Shown one piece after another: positions 29,440 to 39,256 of a stretch of 64,000 nt of DNA (the first letter of the stretch is position 1; each line of letters opens with the position of its first letter). The DNA lies in the NCBI GenBank assembly GCA_020348985.1, contig CP070761.1, positions 1,127,093 to 1,191,092 on the forward strand, written 5' to 3'. Both the position numbers and the translations under genes were made by a program. Source of the DNA: Candidatus Thorarchaeota archaeon (GTDB lineage: Archaea > Asgardarchaeota > Thorarchaeia > Thorarchaeales > Thorarchaeaceae). The notes beneath the pieces were generated by a model. It had not been told where the DNA came from. It saw only the letters and a list, made by a program, of their open reading frames with translations, and did not search any database.

Positions 29440-30201
29440 TTGAGCTCATTTGATGAATTGGCACTAGCATACGATAGGGTGATTGACTGGGAGAAGCGGC
29501 TGCAGAGAGAGATTCCATTCTTGGTTGATAGTTTGCTAGAGATTGCGGAGCCCCGGGTCTTGGACATCGCATGCGGGAGTGGCAGACACTCTGTCGCTCT
29601 AGCAAAGAGGGGTGCAAGAGTCACGGGCTTCGACAACAGCAAGGAAATGATTCAGGCTGCAAAGGAGCTCGCCGAGCAGAATGGCGTTTCGACGAAGTTC
29701 TTCTTAGCAGATATGACTGATTTTGCAGAGATGGTGAGAGACGAGTTCGATCTTGTCGTCTGCCTTGGTAATTCGCTTGCCCTCTTACCGAACACAGATG
29801 CCTTGACCAGGTTACTAACTGAAGTCCATTCACTACTAGACAAGAACGGTCGGTTTGCCTTTCAAGTCCTGAATTTCCAAGAGATTGTATCAACAGGCTT
29901 CAGAGTGTTCCCAATGAAGACAGGAGTAACTGAATACGGAGAAGAGGTAGTATTCTCAAGATTCTATGACCATTCAGGCAGTTCCACTCACTCCAAACTC
30001 ATCTTGACCTCCCATGTCAAAGAGGGAGAGAATTGGAGGGTCGTATCTAACTCATTGGACGTTCTACGTCTTGACAAGCCAACTGTAAGTCAATCACTGT
30101 CCGCGGCCGGGTTTTCCGATTTCCAGCTATTCGGTGACTACCAAGAATCATCGTTCTCGGGAACAAGCGACAGGAATATTGTGGTTCGCGCTCATAGATA
30201 A
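29440..30201 (+). CDS. Class I SAM-dependent methyltransferase (glycine/sarcosine N-methyltransferase-like)
   Basis: VLDIACGSG, VVCLGNSL. Confidence 0.85.
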   Translation: MSSFDELALAYDRVIDWEKRLQREIPFLVDSLLEIAEPRVLDIACGSGRHSVALAKRGARVTGFDNSKEMIQAAKELAEQNGVSTKFFLADMTDFAEMVRDEFDLVVCLGNSLALLPNTDALTRLLTEVHSLLDKNGRFAFQVLNFQEIVSTGFRVFPMKTGVTEYGEEVVFSRFYDHSGSSTHSKLILTSHVKEGENWRVVSNSLDVLRLDKPTVSQSLSAAGFSDFQLFGDYQESSFSGTSDRNIVVRAHR

Positions 30202-30205
30202 GAAG

Positions 30206-30667
30206 CTAAACTCTCTTCAGAACTGAGTCGCCATAGTTCTCGAAGTCTTCTCCTTCTTTCGCGGACTCCAATCCCTCTCAAATCTCATCATCTGAGACCT
30301 TCACAAGGTAGGACCGCCATCTCATTCCATCGAATGCCTGAGGCACTGGTTCAAGGATGATATCAAACCGGATTTCGTCCGAGGTTCTGTGGTACTCGAC
30401 CTCATTGCTTACAAAACCGTATGAGAAGCCAATCTTTCGAAGGAATTTCTTGTTTCGAACATCATAGTACATGAGTCCAATTTCCGCGTTCTCAAACTTC
30501 TCGTCCCTGTAGGACTCATGGCGGCTCATAATGAATCTGTCATTGAGTTCAAGTGTGAAAGTGGCTGTGGTCACGACTTCGCCCTCTTCACCAAATCCGC
30601 CTGGTGTTCCACCTTTCCATTCGCCGACAAGAAACTTCCAATCATCTAATGGGGTTTCAGAGCTTAT
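30206..30667 (-). pseudogene. Beta-barrel (DUF1579/nitrobindin-like) gene interrupted by in-frame TGA at 30278-30280
   Basis: Frame reads ..WKFLVGEWKG...KVSDDEI*EGLESAKEGEDFENYGDSVLKRV*; only ATA is available as an upstream start. Confidence 0.55.
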
Positions 30668-30730
30668 ACCGGGAGAGACCCACCACTCTTCTGATTTATC
30701 TACTGGTTAGTGACAAAGTGAAAGGAGGAA

Positions 30731-31549
30731 GTGACCAAGTTGGAGACTGGCTTGCACAAGAAGCATGTTGTTTTGACCGGAGCCTCGGGAGGGATAGGAA
30801 CTGAGTTGACTCGTCTTCTTCTTGATGAAGGAGCAAACGTCACAGGCTCCTTCTATAGCTCCAAAAGAGAACTAGCAGAGCTACTGAGTCAGTATCCAGA
30901 TCAGCTTTCAGTCGTGAAGACGGACATTAGAGAGGAGGCCGATGTGAAGGGCCTCTTTGTCCGAGCCAACGATGCATTCGGAAGAGCTGACGTCCTTGTG
31001 GCAAATGCTGCTATTGCAAATCTTGAGGAAAAGCCAATCCACGAGATGTCTCTAAACCAGTGGACCAACACTCTTTCAATCAATCTCACTGGAACATTCC
31101 TGAGTGCCAAGCACTTCTTCTCGAATCTCCAGGAGTACCCTGGGGAAGATGCTTCGTTGATATTGGTAGGCTCTACTGCAGGGCATTTCGGGGAAGCATG
31201 GTTTGCAGACTATGCCACTTCAAAGGCCGCACTATACGGCCTGCTGATGAGTTTGAAGAATGAAATAGTCCACCTTGCTCCAAGGGGAAGAGTGAACCTT
31301 GTCAATCCAGGGTGGACGATGACCAAGATGGCCGAAGAGGCTCTCATGGATCCTGAGAAGGTAAAGCGCATTCACCAAACGATCCCAATGCGCAAGACCG
31401 CATTACCTGCCGATATCGCTCATGTCATACTCTTTTTGGTTTCCGACTATTTGTCCGGTCATATTAGTGGACAGGCAATTACTGTTTCTGGAGGCATGGA
31501 GGGACGTGTACTCTATGATCTAGAAAGGTCTGATGACTACAAGCACTAG
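30731..31549 (+). CDS. SDR family oxidoreductase
   Basis: TGASGGIG, LVANAA, YATSK. Confidence 0.9.
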   Translation: MTKLETGLHKKHVVLTGASGGIGTELTRLLLDEGANVTGSFYSSKRELAELLSQYPDQLSVVKTDIREEADVKGLFVRANDAFGRADVLVANAAIANLEEKPIHEMSLNQWTNTLSINLTGTFLSAKHFFSNLQEYPGEDASLILVGSTAGHFGEAWFADYATSKAALYGLLMSLKNEIVHLAPRGRVNLVNPGWTMTKMAEEALMDPEKVKRIHQTIPMRKTALPADIAHVILFLVSDYLSGHISGQAITVSGGMEGRVLYDLERSDDYKH

Positions 31550-31576
31550 AAGCATTCAGCTGTTGATTTGGCTGAG

Positions 31577-33208
31577 CTATTCAGACATTGCCATGCGAGT
31601 TGCACCAACTCTGATTATCAGAAGCCCAACAGCTATCAAAGCGATACTTGGAGCAAGTAGGGCAAGGGCCATATTGCTGGAATCGATTATCATTGAGATG
31701 AGAAGCGCCGGTTGTGATACCAAGAATATGGTCAACATTGTGGCACCAGTGTTGTCTTTGAATATCTGGCTTCCAGCATCTTCGTAGTTTGGGTTGTTAG
31801 CGGTAACGCCTATACTGATGAGAATCGAACCCATGACTGCAATTGACGCGCATCCAAGAATGACGAATGCATCTGCAAGGGGCAAGCCAATAATCAGTGT
31901 AATGAGAAGGGCAGTAATCGCGGCCATTGGGAACCCGAATATGAATGACTGGCCGATTCTTGCCTTCATGTACTTCATCACCCCTTTTGGGGTGCTCTTC
32001 AACATCCATAGTTGGTCCTTTGAGTCCAAGAACCCGATTCCACCGAATGTGAGACCGCCAATCACGGATAGTAGGTTCACAGCCGCCAATCCGGAAACGA
32101 AGAGCCTGAGCTCACAACTGAGATCCAAGAAGGCAGCACTGTTGACCATAAGGGGAAATACTACAGCAATCACTACTCCGAAAGCAATCTTCGAGATGTT
32201 CTGTGCCTTCCTTCCGAAGTCCTTCATTGCTGTAACCAGTAATGTACCATAAGGCGTGGGAAGGACCCATCTTATTCCTTGCAGCACAGGATTCTCTCTT
32301 CCGGTTGTCACAATCTGCTCGTAACGGGGGCCGAAGCCAAGTTTGAATACTCGATCGGATGTCAAGAAAGCCAGACCTATCATCAACAGCGTAAATGCTG
32401 ACAGTAAGAACGTACAAAGCTGAGGATTGCTGCCCAAGACAGACTCGTAGGCCAATATGCTGGATGCAGGCAGATTGATTCCGTTGAACAGGATGGTTAT
32501 CCAAGTAATCAAATCCGCACCCCAGGTGAACGGGAATAACATGGCACCTTGAGCACCGAGAACGCTGGAAATGGTCTCAGTGGAGAAAAGCATTCCATAG
32601 AGAGGGAGAATGGCGACGAAGCCAAGAATTACAGAAAGGGCTTTTGCTATATCATTGCCTCTGGGAGAGTCGCCAATCTTTGCTTGTATCGCAGTTGTCA
32701 GCAGAGTAGACGTCCAGAGTGTAATCAAAGCCACGAAGAACAATGCCAAATACATCAGAGCCTGTCCAACCAGAGTGACCTGATAGACTAGTGCAAAGGG
32801 TGAAATAACACAAGGCGCAATGAAGAGAACTGCAAGACCGTAGATTGGAACTCTCCCCATGAATGTGCCCGTCATAATGTCCCTTGTTCGAACGTTATTG
32901 CTGAGCATTATCTCCCATTGCCCAATCTTGATCTCTTGAAGAGCATAGGAAATCGGATAGACGAGCCACATCAGCCACAAGAACATGATAAGAGAACGCA
33001 TGTATTCAGGAAATGATGCAATCAGAGAAGCTTCGAGTGTGGCACCAAACCAGTCCATCACAAAAGAAGCCAGGAATGGAGCCACAATCAAAGCCCAGAT
33101 TGTGCCGAGAACGAGGAGGGCTCCGCCTAATGTCCTACGGCGCTTCCTTTGTCTTGAGGTCAGGACAAGAAACTCGACCCTTGCAACATGATACCACTTT
33201 CCCGTCAT
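31577..33208 (-). CDS. Putative ABC exporter permease (paralog 1)
   Basis: Multi-TM; shares ALQEIKIGQWEI-LSNNVRT, GDSPRGNDIAKAL and NPNYED with 35182-36870. Confidence 0.75.
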   Translation of the reverse strand: MTGKWYHVARVEFLVLTSRQRKRRRTLGGALLVLGTIWALIVAPFLASFVMDWFGATLEASLIASFPEYMRSLIMFLWLMWLVYPISYALQEIKIGQWEIMLSNNVRTRDIMTGTFMGRVPIYGLAVLFIAPCVISPFALVYQVTLVGQALMYLALFFVALITLWTSTLLTTAIQAKIGDSPRGNDIAKALSVILGFVAILPLYGMLFSTETISSVLGAQGAMLFPFTWGADLITWITILFNGINLPASSILAYESVLGSNPQLCTFLLSAFTLLMIGLAFLTSDRVFKLGFGPRYEQIVTTGRENPVLQGIRWVLPTPYGTLLVTAMKDFGRKAQNISKIAFGVVIAVVFPLMVNSAAFLDLSCELRLFVSGLAAVNLLSVIGGLTFGGIGFLDSKDQLWMLKSTPKGVMKYMKARIGQSFIFGFPMAAITALLITLIIGLPLADAFVILGCASIAVMGSILISIGVTANNPNYEDAGSQIFKDNTGATMLTIFLVSQPALLISMIIDSSNMALALLAPSIALIAVGLLIIRVGATRMAMSE

Positions 33209-33228
33209 GACCTCGCCCATTCCACAGC

Positions 33229-33474
33229 CTAACTTGCCTGACTAGGTACTACTGCTTTTCGAAGTTGTCTTCCCAGATACCATATTATGGACATGGCAAT
33301 GACGGCAAGAACAATGGAAACCGCAAATCGTGCAGGACCCATTTCCTCTCCGGGAATCAAATCTCCAATAGCATTCAACGCAATTATCATAATGACAATG
33401 ACAACTGCAGTGGAATTCTCAGTGTTCTTGTCTCTAGTCACTGTTCCTGTTCCATTGGTGTCAACCGAATTCAT
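33229..33474 (-). CDS. Small 2-TM membrane protein
   Basis: Two hydrophobic helices; GGAGG RBS; within ABC cluster. Confidence 0.6.
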   Translation of the reverse strand: MNSVDTNGTGTVTRDKNTENSTAVVIVIMIIALNAIGDLIPGEEMGPARFAVSIVLAVIAMSIIWYLGRQLRKAVVPSQAS

Positions 33475-33503
33475 GCTTCAGATTCCTCCACTAATTCACT
33501 ATC

Positions 33504-35015
33504 CTACGTGCCAATCCTTCGTCTCAGGACGAGAGCAAGCACAACTACCACACCGAAAGCTCCAGTCAACGGCAAAATCAGTGACATTGGCTGTGCCTGG
33601 CTTTCCAACGCGGCCTGAAGTGCGATCCCTGCGGCCCTCCACGAATCTGCAGTAGCAAGCAAATGACCTGCTATGTCAGCCAAATCCTGTCTGTGGTTCT
33701 CAAGAACTACATCGAGGTTTCTACTCGAGTCGAATTCCTCGACCATTTCAAAGAACGTGTTGGATAATAGAGAGTCGTGATTGGCCAGGTAATCGAAATC
33801 AACCAATGTTCCGTTGTCACTCAGTGCGTCCAAGTGTGTTAGGGCATTCTGACCTGCGACGAGAAAATCGGTCAAATCAAAGTCAGTCAGAAGTCTTGGG
33901 AGTGACTCCAGAGCTGTGCGGTATGAGAGATACTGGAGTGTCAACATGAACTCGAGAAACATCCCAAGATTGGCCAGACGATCAATCTGGTCCTCGAAGT
34001 TGTCATATTCCTCAATGTAGAGAGCAACACCTTCTGGAGTGATGTCATAGCTGAGCCCTCGGAATGCCTTTTCGCCGAAGTTTAGGAAGAAAGCGTCTTC
34101 GTCCGTAAAGGGGATATAGGATTCTTGCGCTCCAAGCAGCCTTGACGCCACAAACTCACCGAGTTCTGTTTGGAAGTCAGGTTTCGTCCCATTCTCAGGT
34201 TTTATTGTCGTCGTCCCGTAGGCAAATGCACCCCAAGCATTGTTCAGCTGAGAGTAGTTCATTGTGTAACGCCATCTGCCATCTTCGGGGTAACCAAAAT
34301 CGTCACCAAAGGCGCCTACACCAGGATCCAAAATCTCAACGGTCTCGCTCGTATCATTATACCCTATCGCCAGGACAGCATGACCTGAGACAGGGGCAGT
34401 TGTGTTTTGGAAAAGTCCATAGTCACGTAGGATTTGATAGTCGTCAGGGGGGAGATAGTAGGGATCAGTCCACAAGACAACGGGATATCCCTCGTCCAGC
34501 GTGTTCTTCATGATCTCAAACGCATCATTCCAGCCATGGATTGTATTGATGTCCGGATTCCACTGCGACCATAGCTCAATAGCTGTGTCGACCCAAGGAG
34601 AGGTCTCGCTAAGATAGAATTTCTGTTCTAGTCCGTAGAAGTCACAAATGGGGACCAATTGGCCGACCTGAATGTAAGCAGAACCAGCTAGGAACGTCAT
34701 TGTGTCGTTAAAGCGAATGTATGCTGCCGAGAATCCGATTCCCGATGCTGCAAAGAACTCGTGGAGAGTCAAAGGGACCTCTGCGCCGCCAAGAGCCATT
34801 GTAACTGCAGCCCAGAAACAGAATCCGCTAATCTCCTGCCATACATAAGGTGTATCCTGAATCAGTGCTGAACCATCAATGGAAATGGTATGGTCAGGAC
34901 CCGCAATTACAGGCCCTGACCTATTGTCGTGTAAGGAGATAGGAAACAATGATAGCGAAAGCAGTAGGAGGACCATGATGGTCATTCGTGTCTTAGGTGA
35001 ACGAACGACCACCAT
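33504..35015 (-). CDS. Surface-anchored C39-like (papain-fold) cysteine peptidase
   Basis: PYVWQEISGFCFWAAVTMAL (Cys), GHAVLAIGYND (His), ILDP (Asp); signal peptide; C-terminal TM + RRR. Confidence 0.7.
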   Translation of the reverse strand: MVVVRSPKTRMTIMVLLLLSLSLFPISLHDNRSGPVIAGPDHTISIDGSALIQDTPYVWQEISGFCFWAAVTMALGGAEVPLTLHEFFAASGIGFSAAYIRFNDTMTFLAGSAYIQVGQLVPICDFYGLEQKFYLSETSPWVDTAIELWSQWNPDINTIHGWNDAFEIMKNTLDEGYPVVLWTDPYYLPPDDYQILRDYGLFQNTTAPVSGHAVLAIGYNDTSETVEILDPGVGAFGDDFGYPEDGRWRYTMNYSQLNNAWGAFAYGTTTIKPENGTKPDFQTELGEFVASRLLGAQESYIPFTDEDAFFLNFGEKAFRGLSYDITPEGVALYIEEYDNFEDQIDRLANLGMFLEFMLTLQYLSYRTALESLPRLLTDFDLTDFLVAGQNALTHLDALSDNGTLVDFDYLANHDSLLSNTFFEMVEEFDSSRNLDVVLENHRQDLADIAGHLLATADSWRAAGIALQAALESQAQPMSLILPLTGAFGVVVVLALVLRRRIGT

Positions 35016-35181
35016 CAGTCACCCCTGGATCCGACATTTAACAGCTTCAATGCACTGTCGACTTCACGTTGGGTTGGATTATTGCTCAGTCGCAAATCGT
35101 ACATGGTTTTGGGGCGCTGGTGAAATCCAGCACCATTCTTACCGTGTCGATATCTGAGTATTCCCGGCCCCTCCATTAGAG

Positions 35182-36870
35182 CTACACCTCAACCTTGCCC
35201 AGGCTTCTGACGCCCAAGAACAGCATCAGGCCACCCATGAGCAACAATGCCACTGGACCCATGATGGCTTGTGTGAACCAGAAACCATCTACACCGAAGA
35301 TGTTCTCAATGACGCGAAAGATGTTGACATCCAATGCGATACTGAAGAATATGTCGATGAAGAGGGGAGCAATCAGTGTAAACTGGGTCAACAACATGGA
35401 GCCTATTAGAACACTCTGATGGGCTGGAGACTTCGTGTCTTCATAGTTAGGGTTCTGAGCTGTCATGCCCATGCTTACCATGACAGCACCGCAAACTATG
35501 ATGTATGAAGATGCAATCATCTGCAACGCCATCAATGGCTCAAGTGCAAACATGACACTGACTACAACACTTGGAGCAAGACTTAGAGGAAAGGCCAGTA
35601 GGAATCCTGACGCGAGTCTGGCACGCATGAAGCGAGAAGCACCAGATGGTGCACTCCGGATTATCCAAAGCTGGTCCTTGCTCTCAAGGAATCCTGTTCC
35701 TGCGAATGGGAAGACTCCGACAACACCAATCATTATGCCAATCATTGGCAGAATATCCATGGCCGTGACGGTGTCACCATCGTAGACAGCAATCTGGGAC
35801 ATGATAATCGGAAGTACTACCGCCAGTACAACACCGTAGAGAATCTTTGAAATATTCTGAACCTTTCTGCCAAAGTCCTTCAGACTCACCACTGTCAACG
35901 CACCAAAAGATCCCTTGGCTGCTCTCCGGACTCCGCGTATCACAAAGTTCTCTCGACCTACAGTTGTGACGGTCTCAGTGCGCACACCGGCACTGATTGT
36001 GAAAACTCTGTCTGCAGCACTTAATGCAATTGGCACCCATACCAAGCCGAATGCTGCTGTTAGGAGTAGACTCGTCCACATGTCGAGCTGCAAAATCGCC
36101 CCAAAGCCCAGTATCTGAGAGCCAGTCAAACCAATACCATTGAAGGCTATCGCAATCCAGCTGACCAAGTCTGCTGGCCATGTGAATGGCATTAGCAGAA
36201 ATGCATTCATTCCTAGAATATCAGACAACACTGGCATGAAGAACATCACACCGTACATAGGCACTATCACAATCAGTGCAATAACGAAGGTCAATGCCTT
36301 AGCTATGTCGTTTCCGCGTGGTGAATCCCCAAGTCTTGCTTGGACCAATGCCGTCACGAAGTTGGAGAGCCAGATGGTTGAAAGAACCATGGCTGCAATC
36401 GCACTGTATACCAAAGCCTGACCTAGGAACGAAACTTCAAACGCTAGCATGAATGGAGATATCATTAGGGGAGCAAGTATCACTACAACCAATCCGTAGA
36501 ATGGTATCTTGCCAGCGAAAGTGCCAATGATTATGTCCTTTGTTCTCACGTTGTTTGAGAGGAAAATCTCCCATTGACCAATCTTAATCTCCTGTAGGGC
36601 GAAGGACAGTGGGTATAATAGCAACAATATCCACAGGAACAGCATTACTGTACGCATGAGTCCAGGGAACATAGACATCAACAGTAGTCGAATCTGTGAC
36701 ATTGGAATCAGCGACTGTATGATGAAGCCCATGATCGTTGGTGCCAAGTACGCGGCCCATACGATAGCTAATGCATACATGCTTGCCACGGTGACTGTTC
36801 TGTGGCTCCTGAAGCTCGAGGTCAAGACGTAGAACTCAGCCTTCGCGATGCTTAGCCACTTTCGGGTCAA
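35182..36870 (-). CDS. Putative ABC exporter permease (paralog 2)
   Basis: Multi-TM; directly downstream of the ABC ATPase. Confidence 0.78.
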   Translation of the reverse strand: MTRKWLSIAKAEFYVLTSSFRSHRTVTVASMYALAIVWAAYLAPTIMGFIIQSLIPMSQIRLLLMSMFPGLMRTVMLFLWILLLLYPLSFALQEIKIGQWEIFLSNNVRTKDIIIGTFAGKIPFYGLVVVILAPLMISPFMLAFEVSFLGQALVYSAIAAMVLSTIWLSNFVTALVQARLGDSPRGNDIAKALTFVIALIVIVPMYGVMFFMPVLSDILGMNAFLLMPFTWPADLVSWIAIAFNGIGLTGSQILGFGAILQLDMWTSLLLTAAFGLVWVPIALSAADRVFTISAGVRTETVTTVGRENFVIRGVRRAAKGSFGALTVVSLKDFGRKVQNISKILYGVVLAVVLPIIMSQIAVYDGDTVTAMDILPMIGIMIGVVGVFPFAGTGFLESKDQLWIIRSAPSGASRFMRARLASGFLLAFPLSLAPSVVVSVMFALEPLMALQMIASSYIIVCGAVMVSMGMTAQNPNYEDTKSPAHQSVLIGSMLLTQFTLIAPLFIDIFFSIALDVNIFRVIENIFGVDGFWFTQAIMGPVALLLMGGLMLFLGVRSLGKVEV

Positions 36871-36874
36871 GACA

Positions 36875-37645
36875 TCACCTCCAGGCCAGGAGTGCTTCGC
36901 GGTCTACTTGACCTCCAACTATCTGCAGGTAGGCTTCCTCAAGGTCGCTGACATGGGCTGCCTGGATTATATCCTCAGGAGAGCCAAGTGTGACTAGCTC
37001 ACCTTCGTTCAGAATCCCTATGACGTCACAGACATCTTCGGCGAAGCTTGTCATGTGCGTGCAGATGAAGAAGCTCGTCTCGGTCTCTTCTGCGAGGACA
37101 AGAATCAAGTCCTTCACAAGTGCACTTGCAGAGGGATCAAGCCTTGAAGTGGGCTCGTCCAGAAAGACTAGCTTTGGCTCATGTAGCAGAGTAGAGGCTA
37201 CCAACACTTTTTGCTTCATACCAGAAGAGTACGACTCCAGAAGGTCATCTTGTCTTCCCTCAAGACCAAGCATTCCAAGTAATGCGTCAATCCTCTTCAT
37301 GAGAGACTCGCCATTGTGGTCGTTGAGTGCGCCAATGAACTCAAGAAACTCAACAGCTGAGAGTTTCGAGTAAAGCCCCGGTGACTCAGGAAGGAGACCA
37401 GTGATTGCTTTGATCTCGTCTCTCTGGGTGTCAATATCAAGTCCGCAGACCTTTCCTCTCCCGCTCGTCTGTTTGAGCAAGCCAGACAGAATACGAACGG
37501 TGGTTGTCTTGCCGGCCCCATTAGGACCAAGGAAACCGAATCTGCTTCCAGCACGTACCTCTAGATCGAGGTCCACAACTGCGCGAACTGGCCCGAAGGT
37601 CTTGTTCAGCGCTTCTGTTTGAATCACTATACCGTTTCCGGTCAT
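36875..37645 (-). CDS. ABC transporter ATP-binding protein (ABC-2 type)
   Basis: GPNGAGKTT, YSSGMKQK, LDEPT. Confidence 0.95.
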   Translation of the reverse strand: MTGNGIVIQTEALNKTFGPVRAVVDLDLEVRAGSRFGFLGPNGAGKTTTVRILSGLLKQTSGRGKVCGLDIDTQRDEIKAITGLLPESPGLYSKLSAVEFLEFIGALNDHNGESLMKRIDALLGMLGLEGRQDDLLESYSSGMKQKVLVASTLLHEPKLVFLDEPTSRLDPSASALVKDLILVLAEETETSFFICTHMTSFAEDVCDVIGILNEGELVTLGSPEDIIQAAHVSDLEEAYLQIVGGQVDREALLAWR

Positions 37646-37658
37646 CGTTAATCACTTG

Positions 37659-37755
37659 TAAATCTTTACCGATTACAGGTATACTTAGCATAATGTTTAT
37701 ATATAAATCTTTACCATAAAGCAGTAGAGATTAACCCGGAATACTTAAGTTCCGG
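37659..37755. promoter_or_regulatory. Divergent promoter/operator region
   Basis: Direct repeat TAAATCTTTACC (37659, 37704); palindromic TATA TTTATATATAAA (37696-37707); inverted repeat CCGGAA..TTCCGG (37736-37755). Confidence 0.55.
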
Positions 37756-37774
37756 AAGAACACGAGGAAACAAA

Positions 37775-38383
37775 ATGGGACTACTCTCAATTCACGAATC
37801 AGTTGTCTGGTGGGAATACCAGCACGGTAAATCCACTGGCGATATATTCAGTGAGTATGAGAGACCCATGCCAACTCCGAAACATGTCCTTGATGTCTAC
37901 GGGCGTCTAATTGACGAAAAAACAAAGAGCGATGAGGACAAGAAGAAGGAGAAGGAAAAGATTCAGACAACAGAGCTGAAGAGTGCAGCTTACGTGTCAC
38001 GTGTTCTCAGCAGGGCGAAGGAAAAGATTGGCAAGGAGCTCAGTAATCATGCCAACAGCCATCGTCTTGATGTTGAGACAGTCTTGGATGACAAGGGGTA
38101 CTTGAAGGGCTTCGATTATCAGGCCAATACGGAAGTATTCATCATCTTCACTTTGGATTTAGGAGTGGTAGTCTGGTACAGGCACGACTCTTATGCTGGG
38201 AAGCTCTGTCCCGACTGTCCGAAGGAAGAGGAATGTAGACAGACACTTGATACGACTCTGCTTGAATACGACTTGACGCTTAGGCCGGATCAAGAAGAGC
38301 TTCACATGACACGGCAGTCGATTGCAATCTTCAACAAGCTTGCGGCCAAGGAAGTTCCTCGCTACAAGAGACAAGAAGAGTAA
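37775..38383 (+). CDS. Putative archaeal HTH transcriptional regulator with C-terminal Cys cluster
   Basis: Recognition-helix-like SAAYVSRVLSRAKEKI; VVWYRH..CPDCPKEEEC. Confidence 0.55.
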   Translation: MGLLSIHESVVWWEYQHGKSTGDIFSEYERPMPTPKHVLDVYGRLIDEKTKSDEDKKKEKEKIQTTELKSAAYVSRVLSRAKEKIGKELSNHANSHRLDVETVLDDKGYLKGFDYQANTEVFIIFTLDLGVVVWYRHDSYAGKLCPDCPKEEECRQTLDTTLLEYDLTLRPDQEELHMTRQSIAIFNKLAAKEVPRYKRQEE

Positions 38384-38396
38384 TGGATGTGAGATA

Positions 38397-39146
38397 ATGA
38401 GTTCGGGATACGATGAACGAGTGATTAAGCCTCCTTTGGAGTCAGTGGCGTTTGGTAGGGTATTCAAGCCCACAGCGTCGCTTCGCAACAAGTACTGGTT
38501 TATAGCCATCATCACCGCCCTTATCATGTATTTGACGACTATTGGAACATTCTTCGGAATAATGTACATGGTCTATTCAATCAATCAGACTCTGTTTCAA
38601 TGGCAGACCTGGTTCGACTCGTTCTGGGGACCAGTGAACTTCTGGTTCTGGGGAATTGCCTTGGTGATTCTGATACCTTACATTGTCGGCGTACCTATCT
38701 ACCTGAACAGGTTCGAGTACTCTGTAAGAGGCGAGTCCGGTGAAACGATGCCGGAGGTTTATGTCAAGAAGGGCATCATTAACGTAACCGTCAAGCATGT
38801 TCCTCTGAGAACGATTACCAATATATCAACAAGGACAGGACCGTTTGACAGACTCTTCAAGATTGGCAATGTTGAGATTCACACAGCAGGGCAATCTGGC
38901 AGCTACTATGAAGCAGGAAAGCCGGAGGAAAAAATCGAGGGAATCGTGTTCTACGAAGAACTTAGAGACTACATACTTGGTGAGATGCGGAAGCTGAAGG
39001 GCACTTATGCAGTTGGAACCGAGGTACTCACACCTGATGAGACTCCTATACCTGGAAACATAGACGAAGCTATTCTCACGACGCTTCGACAGCTTCGCGA
39101 CATCTTGAGAAGAATGGACGAGAAACTAGACCGAGGAGGATATTGA
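38397..39146 (+). CDS. bPH_2 (YdbS/YdbT-like) membrane PH-domain protein
   Basis: 2 TM then VKKGII..KHVPLRTITNISTRTGPFDRLFKIGNVEIHTAG. Confidence 0.85.
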   Translation: MSSGYDERVIKPPLESVAFGRVFKPTASLRNKYWFIAIITALIMYLTTIGTFFGIMYMVYSINQTLFQWQTWFDSFWGPVNFWFWGIALVILIPYIVGVPIYLNRFEYSVRGESGETMPEVYVKKGIINVTVKHVPLRTITNISTRTGPFDRLFKIGNVEIHTAGQSGSYYEAGKPEEKIEGIVFYEELRDYILGEMRKLKGTYAVGTEVLTPDETPIPGNIDEAILTTLRQLRDILRRMDEKLDRGGY

Positions 39147-39148
39147 AA

Positions 39149-39256
39149 ATGCGACCGTTGAGTAGACGCGTGCTGGCCATATTGAGCGTTATGGGCACCT
39201 TCTCGAGTCTCTTCATCTACTTTCTACTGATTAGTCTATCAGGAGGGTTCTCATAA
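39149..39256 (+). CDS. Single-TM micropeptide, 35 aa (MRPLSRRVLAILSVMGTFSSLFIYFLLISLSGGFS)
   Basis: GGAGG RBS; stop overlaps next ATG (TAATG); fills the gap between the two bPH_2 genes. Confidence 0.6.
   Translation: MRPLSRRVLAILSVMGTFSSLFIYFLLISLSGGFS

Noticed and set aside
30278-30280. Selenocysteine codon
   Set aside because: No Cys/redox motif context and no recognisable SECIS; a nonsense mutation or sequence error is more parsimonious
35100-35140. FMN-riboswitch-like GGGCGCTGGTGAAATCCAGCACC hairpin
   Set aside because: Only one hairpin matches, the rest of the consensus is absent, and it lies on the opposite strand to the flanking genes
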